Of a DNA stretch of 64,000 nucleotides, positions 11,701 through 23,700 are shown one piece after another. Made by a program: the position numbers and the translations under genes. The notes under the pieces are model-generated. The model did no database searches. It was not told the DNA's origin and saw only the letters and a list, made by a program, of their open reading frames with translations. Each line of letters starts with the position of its first letter. The stretch's first letter is position 1. This DNA is from an uncultured bacterium (GTDB taxonomy: Bacteria > Zixibacteria > MSB-5A5 > UBA10806): the NCBI GenBank assembly GCA_965541585.1, contig CBEUCH010000013.1:48692-112691 (forward strand), written 5' to 3'.

Positions 11701-14700
11701 ATGTCGATCTGCCGCCGGTGTTAGATCCGATATCGCCGCAGACTGTAGCCGAGGGCGGCCATCTTGATTTGAGGATAACGGCCTCTGATCCCGACGGCGA
11801 TCCGATCGGTCTGGTAGCAGAGTTGTTGCCGGTCAATTCGGCCTTCTTCGATTCCACGGGAGGAGTAGGAGGATTCACATTCGATCCCGATTACACCCAA
11901 TCAGGACCTCATCAGGTGAGATTTATAGCAACTTCAAATTCATTAGCCGACACTCAGCTTGTTGATATTACAGTTACTGAATTAGACCGTTCACCTGTGT
12001 TAGATCCGATATCGCCGCAGACCATGGCTGAAGGCGATCATCTCGATCTGCGGATAACGGCCTCCGATCCCGATGGCGATCCTGTTGGTCTGGTAGCGGA
12101 GTTGTTGCCGGCCAATTCGGCATTCTTTGACTCCACTGGAGGAGTCGGCGGTTTCACCTTCGATCCCGATTACACTCAATCCGGCCCTTATCAAGTGAGA
12201 TTTATAGCAAATTCAAATTCTCTGGCCGACACTCAGCTGGTTGATATAACCGTTACTGAATTAGACCGTCCACCTGTTATAGATCCGATATCGCCGCAGA
12301 CTATGGCCGAAGGAGATCACCTCGATTTAAGGATAACAGCGGCTGATCCGGACGGCGATGCCATATCTCTTGTGGCCGAGCTATTGCCGGTCAATTCGGC
12401 TTTCTTCGATTCCACCGGAGGAGTAGGAGGATTCACCTTCGATCCGGATTACACCCAATCCGGCCCTTATCAAATAAGATTCATAGCAAATTCAAATTCA
12501 TTAGCAGACACCCAGCTTGTTGATATAACCGTTACGAATGTCGATCTGCCGTCGGTGTTAGATCCGATATCGCCGCAGACTATGGCTGAGGGCGATCATC
12601 TCGATTTGAGGATAACGGCCTCTGATCCGGATGGCGATCCGATCGGTCTGGTGGCGGAGTTATTGCCTGCCAATTCGGCCTTTTTTGATTCGACCGGAGG
12701 AGTAGGAGGTTTCACCTTCGATCCCGATTACACTCAATCCGGCCCTCACCAGGTGAGATTTATTGCAAATTCAAACTCGTTAGCAGACACTCAGCTTGTA
12801 GATATCACAGTTACTGAGCTAGACCGTCAGCCGGTGTTAGATCCGATCTCGCCGCAGACTATGGCCGAAGGCGATCATCTCGATTTGAGGATAACGGCTT
12901 CTGATCCGGATGGCGATCCGGTAGGCCTGGTAGCGGAGTTGTTGCCTCCCAATTCGGCTTTCTTTGATTCGACGGGAGGAGTCGGTGGATTTACGTTCGA
13001 TCCCGATTATACTCAATCCGGCCCTTATCAGGTGAGATTTATCGCGAATTCGAATTCTCTGGCAGACACCCAGCTTGTAGATATAACCGTTACGAATGTC
13101 GATCTGCCGCCGCTATTAGATCCCATATCGCCGCAGACTGTGTCGGAGGGCGGCCATCTCGATCTGAGGATAACGGCCTCAGATCCGGATGGCGATCCAG
13201 TTGGTCTGGTGGCGGAGTTGTTACCTCCCAATTCAGCGTTTTTCGATTCGACGGGAGGCGTTGGTGGATTCACATTCGATCCGGATTATACTCAATCCGG
13301 TCCTTATCAGGTGAGATTCATCGCGAATTCAAACTCTCTATCTGATACCCAACTGGTGGATATCACGGTGCTTGAGGCGGGGGATCAGCCGCCGATATGG
13401 GATCCCATATCGCCGCAGACGGTTGCGGAGGGGGATCATCTGGATCTTCAGGTGACGGCCACCGATCCTGAGGGCGATATCATTTCACTGACGGCGGAGT
13501 TGTTGCCTGCAAATTCGGCGTTTGTCGATTCGACCGGAGGAGTTGGAGGATTCACGTTTGATCCCGACTACTTCCAGGCCGATTTATATCAGGTCAGGTT
13601 CATTGCGACTGCAAACGCCCAATCGGATACGGCGCTTGTAGACATCACGGTCACCGACACACCTCGTCCGCCTATCTGGGATCCGATTGGTGACCGGGCC
13701 TTATTTGAGGGTGAGAGCATCAGCTTTATTGTCACGGCCACTGATCCCGATTTGACTATACCGTTGCTTAGCGTCGACAGCCTGCCTGCCAATGCTGTCT
13801 TTACCGACAGTCTCAATGGTAACGGACTGTTCAGTTTCTCGCCGGATTACACGCAGGCGGGTCAGCATATTTTGACCTTTATCGCCTCCGACGGAGTTTT
13901 ATCCGATTCGGAGGTGGTTAACATATTCGTTTTCGAGGCCGGCAACCAGCCGCCGGAGATAGATTCGGTGGCTCCGCAGTCGGTGGTTGAAGCACAGCAT
14001 CTCGAGTTTGTGGTGACCTCCTCCGATCCGGAGGGTACAATACCGGCCTTGCAGGCCTTTGATCTGCCTGCCAATGCGGCCTTTGCCGATTCGGGCAACG
14101 GTCACGGTCTGTTTACTTTCGATCCGGACTATACGCAGTCCGGTGTCCACAATGTCTTATTCCAGGCCTTTGACGGTGAGTTGTACGATTCGCTCTATGT
14201 GGAGATCACGGTAGTGGACTTCCCGTTCGCGCCTGTGTTGGATCCCATCGGGGCTCAGATAGTAACTGAGGGTGACACGCTGCAGGTTGTAATAACCTCA
14301 TCGGATCCTGACGGCACCGATCCGCAGCTTCTGACCGGTCCACTTCCGGTCAATGCTACATTTGAGGATTCATTAAACGGTCATGGTCTGTTTGTATTCA
14401 CTCCTGACTTTACGCAAGCCGGGATTGATACGGTGTTGTTCATTGCTACCGATGGCGCTTTGTCGGATTCGGAGTATGTGCAGATAACGGTGGTGGAGTT
14501 TGGCAACAATCCACCGGTGTTGGATCCTATCAGTTCGCAGACTGTCGATGAGGGATCGCTGTTGCAAGTTTTAGTCTCGGCTTCCGATCCGGACAGCACC
14601 ATACCGTTGCTTTCAACAATTATCCTTCCCGTGAACGCGACCTTTACAGACAGTCTCAACGGTACGGGGTTGTTGGAGTTTACCCCGGACTACTTCCAGT

Positions 14701-17700
14701 CGGGCGTATACTTTGTGACTTTCATCGCCTCCGACGGCGCTCTGGCCGATTCGCAGAACGTGATGATCACGGTCAACAATATTAACCGTGCACCTGTTTT
14801 AGATACCATACCGACGCCGCAGGTTGTAGCCGAGGGATCTTTGCTGCAGCTAACGGTTACCTCGAGCGATCCGGACACCACTATTCCGGTACTGACGGCC
14901 GAGAATCTGCCGCCTAACGCCACCTTTGCCGATTCCGGTGACGGCAGCGGCGATTTCCAGTTCAATCCGGATTATACGCAGTCAGGTTCGTATCAGGTGT
15001 TGTTTATATCCTCGGATGGAGACCTGGCCGATTCGCAGTATGTTGATATAGATGTTATCGAGACCGACCGTCCGCCGGTCTTAGATCCGATCCTGCCGCA
15101 GACAGTAGCAGAAGGCGATCATCTCGATCTGCGGATAACGGCCTCCGATCCGGATGGCGATCTCGTCGGTCTGGTGGCGGAGTTATTGCCGGCCAATTCG
15201 GCTTTCTTCGATTCCACGGGAGGCGTCGGTGGGTTTGTCTTCGATCCCGATTACACTCAATCCGGCCCTTACCAGGTGAGATTTATCGCTAATTCTAATT
15301 CTCTGGCGGACACCCAGCTGGTTGATATAACGGTTACAGAATTAGACCGTCCGCCGGTACTGGATCCGATCTTGCCGCAGACGGTTGATGAGGGCGATCA
15401 TCTCGATTTGAGGATAACGGCCTCGGATCCGGATGGCGACGTCATATCTCTTGCGGCCGAGCTATTGCCGGCCAATTCGGCCTTCTTCGATTCCACCGGC
15501 GGAGTGGGTGGTTTTGTCTTCGATCCGGATTACACCCAATCCGGCCCTTATCAGATAAGGTTCATAGCCAGTTCGAATTCGTTAGCCGACACCCAGCTGG
15601 TGGATATAACCGTTAACGACGTCAATCTGCCACCGATCCTGGATCCTATCCCGACGCCTCAGTCGGTTGCCGAGGGTTCGATCCTGGAGTTTACAGTTAC
15701 TTCCTTTGATCCGGACGGCACCAATCCGGCCTTAGTGGCCTTGAATGTTCCGGTCAATGCGGTCTTCACGGACAGTCTCAACGGGCATGGTTTGTTTGAA
15801 TTTGCACCTGATTTTACACAATCAGGCGATTATCAGGTGTTATTCGTAGCGTCCGATGGTGTTTTAGCTGATTCACAATATGTTGATATCACGGTGACGG
15901 AGAATAATCGCCCGCCGGTTTTAGATCCGATTTTGACGCCACGGAATGTGGCCGAGACTGCGACTCTGGAGTTTAGTATCACCGCTTCGGATCTTGATGG
16001 CAACATACCGGCATTGTTTGCGGAGGATCTGCCGGTCAACGCCGTTTTTGTGGATTCGGCCAATGGCGTGGGGACATTTACGTTCACGCCGGACTACACG
16101 CAATCCGGGCCATATGCGGTATTGTTCTATGCCACGGATGGGCAGTTTTCCGATTCACAATATGTTGATATAACTGTGACGGATGTCAATGCTTCTCCGG
16201 TCATCACGGTTCCCGGTGCGCAGGTGGTGAACGAGTCCGATTCGCTTTTGTTCACGGTGAGCGCATCCGATATTGACGGCACCGTTCCGTTGTTATCGTT
16301 CTTTGACGTTCCCGCCAATTCGTCGTTTGAGGATAGCTTAAATGGGGTGGGTTTATTCCGGTTCTATCCAGATTTCACGCAGTCTGGTATATATACAGTA
16401 GGATTTATAGCCTCGGATGGTTTGCTATCAGATACCGGTTATGTGAGCATAACGGTTCTGGATGCCGGTAACCAGTCACCCGTATTGGATCCGATCGGCC
16501 CTCAGACCGTTGATGAGGGGGATACGCTGCGGTTTGTTGTGAGCGCCACAGATCCGGATAGCACCGTCCCGCAGCTTTTGACTGATCCTCTGCCGACCAA
16601 TGCTACATTTGAGGATTCGTTAAACGGCCATGGTCTGTTTGTCTTTGCTCCTGACTTTACACAATCGGGAGTTGATACGGTTTTGTTCATCGCCACCGAT
16701 GGTGGTCTTTCGGATTCGGAGTATGTGGAGATAACGATTGTTGAGGCCGGGAATCAAGTGCCTGTTTTAGATCCTATCGGTCCGCAGGCTGTTGGCGAGG
16801 GCGATTCGTTGCTCCTGGTTATCACGGCCAGCGACCCGGACGGCGCCACACCGACACTTGTGGCCTTAGGCGTGCCTTCTAACGGCAGTTTTGTGGACAA
16901 CGGCGATGGGACGGGTGATTTTGATTTCTACCCGGATTATTTCCAGGAGAATATCTTTACGGTGACGTTTATTGCCTCCGATGGTGTTCTGGCCGATACG
17001 GAAGCTGTGGAAATAACGGTCGCCGACACACCTCGTCCGCCTATCTGGGATCCAATCAGTGACCGGGCATTATTTGAGGGTCAGACAATCAGTTTTGGTG
17101 TATTCGCCTCTGATCCGGATTTGACCATACCGTTGCTTAGCGTTGACAGCCTGCCTGCCAATGCGGCTTTTACGGACAGTTTGAACGGACATGGTTCGTT
17201 CAGCTTCTCGCCGGATTACACGCAGGCGGGTCAGCATATTTTAACCTTTATCGCCTCCGACGGAGTCTTATCCGATTCGGAGGTGGTTAACATATTCGTT
17301 TTCGAGGCCGGCAACCAGCCGCCGGAGATAGATTCGGTGGCTCCGCAGTCGGTGGTTGAAGCACAGCATCTCGAGTTTGTGGTGACCTCCTCCGATCCGG
17401 AGGGTACAATACCGGCCTTGCAGGCCTTTGATCTGCCTGCCAATGCGGCCTTTGCCGATTCGGGCAACGGTCACGGTCTGTTTACTTTCGATCCGGACTA
17501 TACGCAGTCCGGTGTCCACAATGTCTTATTCCAGGCCTTTGACGGTGAGTTGTACGATTCGCTCTATGTGGAGATCACGGTAGTGGACTTCCCGTTCGCG
17601 CCTGTGTTGGATCCCATCGGGGCTCAGATAGTAACTGAGGGTGATACGCTGCAGTTTGTGGTGACCTCCTCGGATCCGGACGGCACCGATCCGCAGCTTC

Positions 17701-20700
17701 TGACCGGTCCTCTTCCGGCCAATGCCGCCTTTGAGGATTCATTAAACAGCCATGGTCTGTTTGTCTTCGCTCCAGACTTTACGCAAGCCGGGATTGATAC
17801 GGTGTTGTTCATTGCCACCGATGGTGCCTTGTCGGATTCGGAGTATGTCCAGATAACGGTGGTGGAGTTTGGCAACAACCCACCGGTATTGGATCCCATC
17901 AGCTCGCAGACTGTCGACGAGGGATCGCTGTTGCAGGTTCTGGTTACAGCTTCCGATCCGGACAGCACCATACCGTTGCTTTCAACGATTACTCTTCCCG
18001 TAAACGCGATCTTTACAGACAGCCTCAACGGTGCGGGGTTGTTGGAGTTTGCCCCGGATTACTTCCAGTCGGGCGTATACTTTGTGACCTTTATCGCCTC
18101 CGATGGCGCTCTGGCCGATTCGCAGAACGTGATGATCACGGTCAATAATATTAACCGGGCACCGGTATTGGATTCCATCCCTACGCCGCAGGCTGTGGCC
18201 GAAGGATCTTTGTTGCAGGTAACGATTACCTCGAGCGATCCGGACACCACTATTCCGATATTGACGGCCGAGAATCTGCCGCTTAACGCTACTTTTGCCG
18301 ATTCCGGTGACGGCAGCGGCGATTTCCAGTTCAACCCGGATTATATACAGTCAGGTCCGTATCAGGTGTTGTTTATATCGTCGGATGGAGATTTAGCTGA
18401 TTCCCAGTATGTTGATATAGATGTTATAGAGACCGACCGTCCGCCGGCTTTAGACCCGATCCTGCCGCAGACAGTAGCAGAAGGCGATCATCTTGATCTG
18501 CGGATAACGGCCTCTGATCCGGATGGCGATCTCATCGGTCTGGTGGCGGAGCTATTGCCCGCCAATTCGGCTTTCTTCGATTCCACGGGGGGCGTCGGTG
18601 GGTTTGTCTTCGATCCGGATTACACTCAATCCGGTCCTTATCAAATAAGATTCATAGCCAGTTCGAATTCTTTATCAGACACTCAGCTGGTTGATATAAC
18701 AGTTACAGAATTAGACCGTCCGCCGGTACTGGATCCGATCTTGCCTCAGACGGTTGATGAGGGCGATCATCTCGATTTGAGGCTAACTGCCTCTGATCCG
18801 GATGGCGACGTCATATCTCTTGTGGCGGAGTTGTTGCCGGCTAATTCGGCCTTCTTCGATTCCAGCGGCGGAGTTGGTGGTTTTGTCTTCGATCCGGATT
18901 ACACCCAATCCGGCCCTTATCAGGTGAGGTTCATAGCCAGTTCGAATTCGTTAGCCGACACCCAGCTGGTTGATATAACCGTTAACGATGTCAATCTGCC
19001 GCCGGTATTAGATCCTATCCCGCCACAAACCGTTGCCGAGGGCAGCCATCTCGATTTGAGAATAACGGCCTCTGATCCGGATGGCGATCCGATTGCTCTA
19101 TTGGCGGAGTTATTGCCTCCCAATTCAGCCTTCTTCGATTCCACCGGGGGAGTGGGTGGTTTTGTCTTCGATCCGGATTACACTCAATCCGGTCCTTATC
19201 AGGTGAGGCTCATTGCGAGTGCGAATTCACTGGCCGACACCCAGCTTGTTGATATAACTGTTACTGAAGTTGACCGTCCGCCTGTTTTAGATCCGGTCTT
19301 GCCGCAGATTGTGGCCGAGGGGGATCATCTGGAGTTCCGTTTGACGGCATCGGACCCGGATGGCGATGTCATAACACTTGTTGGCGAGCTTCTGCCTCCC
19401 AATTCAGCCTTCTTCGATTCCACAGGCGGAGTCGCCGGGTTTGTTTTCGATCCGGATTATACTCAATCCGGCCCTTATCAAATAAGATTCATAGCTAACT
19501 CGAATTCTCTGGCAGACACTCAGCTTGTAGATATCACAGTTACTGAGCTAGACCGTCAGCCGGTGTTAGATCCGATCTCGCCGCAGACTATGGCCGAAGG
19601 CGATCATCTCGATTTGAGGATAACGGCTTCTGATCCGGATGGCGATCCGGTAGGCCTGGTAGCGGAGTTGTTGCCTCCCAATTCGGCTTTCTTTGATTCG
19701 ACGGGAGGAGTCGGTGGATTTACGTTCGATCCCGATTATACTCAATCCGGCCCTTATCAGGTGAGATTTATCGCGAATTCGAATTCTCTGGCAGACACCC
19801 AGCTTGTAGATATAACCGTTACGAATGTCGATCTGCCGCCGCTATTAGATCCCATATCGCCGCAGACTGTGTCGGAGGGCGGCCATCTCGATCTGAGGAT
19901 AACGGCCTCAGATCCGGATGGCGATCCAGTTGGTCTGGTGGCGGAGTTGTTACCTCCCAATTCAGCGTTTTTCGATTCGACGGGAGGCGTTGGTGGATTT
20001 ACATTCGATCCGGATTTTACTCAATCCGGTCCTTATCAGGTGAGATTTATTGCGAATTCAACCTCTCTATCTGATACCCAACTGGTGGATATCACGGTGA
20101 TTGAGGCCGGGGATCAACCGCCCGTATGGGATCCCATATCGCCGCAGACGTTTGCGGAGGGAGATCATCTGGATCTTCAGGTGACGGCCACCGATCCGGA
20201 GGGCGACATCATTTCACTGACGGCGGAGTTGTTGCCTGCCAATTCGGCCTTTTTCGATTCGACCGGAGGAGTTGGAGGATTCACGTTTGATCCCGACTAC
20301 TTCCAGGCCGATTTATATCAGGTCAGGTTCATTGCGACTGCAAACGCCCAATCGGATACGGCGCTTGTAGACATCACGGTCACCGACACACCTCGTCCGC
20401 CTATCTGGGATCCGATTGGTGACCGGGCCTTATTTGAGGGTGAGAGCATCAGCTTTATTGTCACGGCCACTGATCCCGATTTGACTATACCGTTGCTTAG
20501 CGTCGACAGCCTGCCTGCCAATGCTGTCTTTACCGACAGTCTCAATGGTAACGGACTGTTCAGTTTCTCGCCGGATTACACGCAGGCGGGTCAGCATATT
20601 TTGACCTTTATCGCCTCCGACGGAGTTTTATCCGATTCGGAGGTGGTTAACATATTCGTTTTCGAGGCCGGCAACCAGCCGCCGGAGATAGATTCCATCG

Positions 20701-23700
20701 CTCCGCAGTCGATGGTTGAAGGAGAGCATCTTGAGTTTGTAGTCATCTCCTCCGATCCTGACAGCACTATACCGGCCTTGCAGGCATTTGACCTTCCCGC
20801 CAATGCGGTTTTCGCCGATTCGGGCAACGGTCATGGTCTGTTTACTTTCGATCCTGATTTTACGCAGGCGGGCGTTCATAATGTGTTGTTCCGGGCCTTC
20901 GATGGCGAGCTATATGATTCGCTTTACGCAGAGATTACGGTAGTGGACTTCGGCTTCCCGCCCGAACTCGATCCTATCGGTCCTCAAACCGTAACTGAGG
21001 GTGACACGCTGCAGGTTGTAATAACCTCCTCGGATCCGGACGGCACCTATCCGCAGCTTCTGACCGGTCCTCTTCCGGCCAACGCCGCTTTTGAGGATTC
21101 ATTAAACGGTCATGGTCTGTTTGTCTTCACTCCAGACTTTACGCAATCGGGGATTGATACGGTATTGTTCATGGCTACCGATGGCGCCTTGTCGGATTCG
21201 GAGTATGTGGAAATAACTATAATCGAGGCCGGCAACCAGCCGCCCACTCTGAATCCCATCGGGCCACAGGTTGTTGATGAGGGCGATACGCTACTTGTTA
21301 TAATAAGCGCCAGCGATCCCGACAGCACGATACCGGGATTATCAGTTGTCGGACTGCCTCCCAATGCTACATTTAATGATAATTTTGATGGTACCGGCAC
21401 TTTTGAATTCAGACCCGATTACACACAGGGCGGATTGGATACTGTATTATTCATTGCCACCGACACGGCTCTGGCCGATTCCGAATACGTAGAGATAACT
21501 ATTTATGACATCAATCTGCCTCCGATTCTTACCCCCATCGGGCCTCATTTTACGGATGAGGGAGTACTTCTCCAGGTTATGGTGACGGCAACGGATCCCG
21601 ATGGCACCATACCGTCCCTGACAGCAGACTCGCTACCGCTTAACGCGACTTTCGTGGATTCCTCCAATGGCGCAGGTCTATTCGAATTCATGCCGGATTT
21701 CGATCAGGCAGGCGTTTACAACGTATTGTTCGCCGCTTCCGATGGCATCCTGGCTGATTCAGAACTGGTGGTGATCACGGTTGTCGATGTCAATCGGCCG
21801 CCGCTGTTCGATCCGGTTGGAGACCAGCAGGTAACAGAGGGAGACAGCCTCTTCTTTACCGTGCAGGCTGTCGATCCCGAGGGTTTGATACCGTCGTTAA
21901 GCGTAGACTTGCTGCCCACAAATGCCGTCTTTACAGACAGCGGCAATGGAACCGGCTTATATGAATATCGTCCGGATTACACCCAGTCAGGTGTCGATAC
22001 CGTGGCTTTCCTTGCCAGCGATGGGGTACTGATAGATACTCTGAAAGTTCAAATCACCACCATTGAAGCCGGCAATCAGTGGCCGGTGCTTTCTCCGATC
22101 GGCCCCAGAGTTGTGGATGAGAGCCAGCTATTGCAGTTCAATGTTTATGGCAGCGACGCTGATGACGGGCCCCCGAGCCTGCAGGTGGGAAGTCTACCGT
22201 TGGGCTCTACATTCTACGATTCTACCAACGGGGTCGGCACCTTTACGTTTACGCCAGACTTCTTCCAGTCGGGAATCTATATCGTCCTCTTCTTTGCTAC
22301 GGACGGTTCAGCTGCCGATTCGGAGTATGTGCTGATAACGGTCAATAACATAAACCAGCCCCCCCAGCTAACGCCTATAGGAAACCAGGCAATATTCGAG
22401 GGTGATTCGCTTGGTCTGAATATCATAGCCTCCGATCTGGACGGCGATTCTCTCGTTATTACCGCTGAACTAATTGAAGTCAATATGACATTTACGGACA
22501 ATGGCGACGGGACGGCATTCTTCCAGTTTATGCCAGATTTTACACAGGCGGGAATATATCCCCTCACCTTTGCCGTCACAGATGGAGTGGACGCCGATAC
22601 TGATCTGGTTCAGATAGAGGTTATAGAGGTCGGCAATCAGCCGCCCGTGCTTGCTGCGATCGATACGGCATACTATATCACAGAAGGCTATCTGCTTGTG
22701 ATTCCTGTTTCTGCAACAGATCTCGATGCAGACTCTCTGGTTCTCAGCGCCGATTCGCTTGTGGAGAATATGACATTCGACGATTACGGAGATGGCTCCG
22801 GGTCGTTTACGTTCGCTCCGAGTTATCTTCAGTCCGGCACGTATCCGCTTACTTTCAGCGCCTTTGACGGTCAAGCTTATGACTCGTTGCAGACGATCAT
22901 ATACGTAGCGGAAGAAGGTAACCAGCCTCCAGTACTCGATCCTATCGGGCCACAAACGGTTGCCGAAGGGGATAGTCTGGTTCTGGATATTTCCGCCAGC
23001 GATCCGGAAGGATTCATACCGATTCTCTTAGTTTCCGATCAACCGGATTCGTCGTATTTCACGGACAACGGCGACGGCACCGGGAGATTTAGATATTATC
23101 CCGATTTCTATTCCGCGGGTGTTGATACAGTAAGGTTTACGGCTATGGATGACGGCGGGCTGACCGATTACGAGGACGTACTCATTACGATAACAGACGT
23201 CAACTTACCGCCGTTTATAGTCTTTGATGGCGATACGCTGGTGCACGAGGGCGATACGCTGGTTGCCATTGTAATCGCCACCGACTCAAGCGATTTTGAG
23301 CCGGGACCGATCTCGCTATCACATGGTTATCTGCCGCCGAATTCCGATTTCGTGATAACGGGCAACGGTGTGGGAGAGTTCAGATTCTACCCGGATTTTG
23401 AGCAGACGGGGATCGATTCAGCTTACTTCTATGCGGTGGATAGCGATATTCCCCCGATGTCTGATGAGAAATGGGTGAACCTGACAGTACTGGCCAGCAA
23501 TCGTCCGCCGGAACTGGTACAGCCACCTGGTGGATCTGTCGATCAAGGCGATACATTGACGATTGATCTTTTCGCCACCGATCCCGATGGCGATTCTATA
23601 GTACTATTCATCAATTGCGATTGCCCCGAGCCGTTGCCGCCAAGATCTGAGTTCCAGGATTTCGGCGATGGCACCGGCCAGTTTACCTTCTATCCCGACT

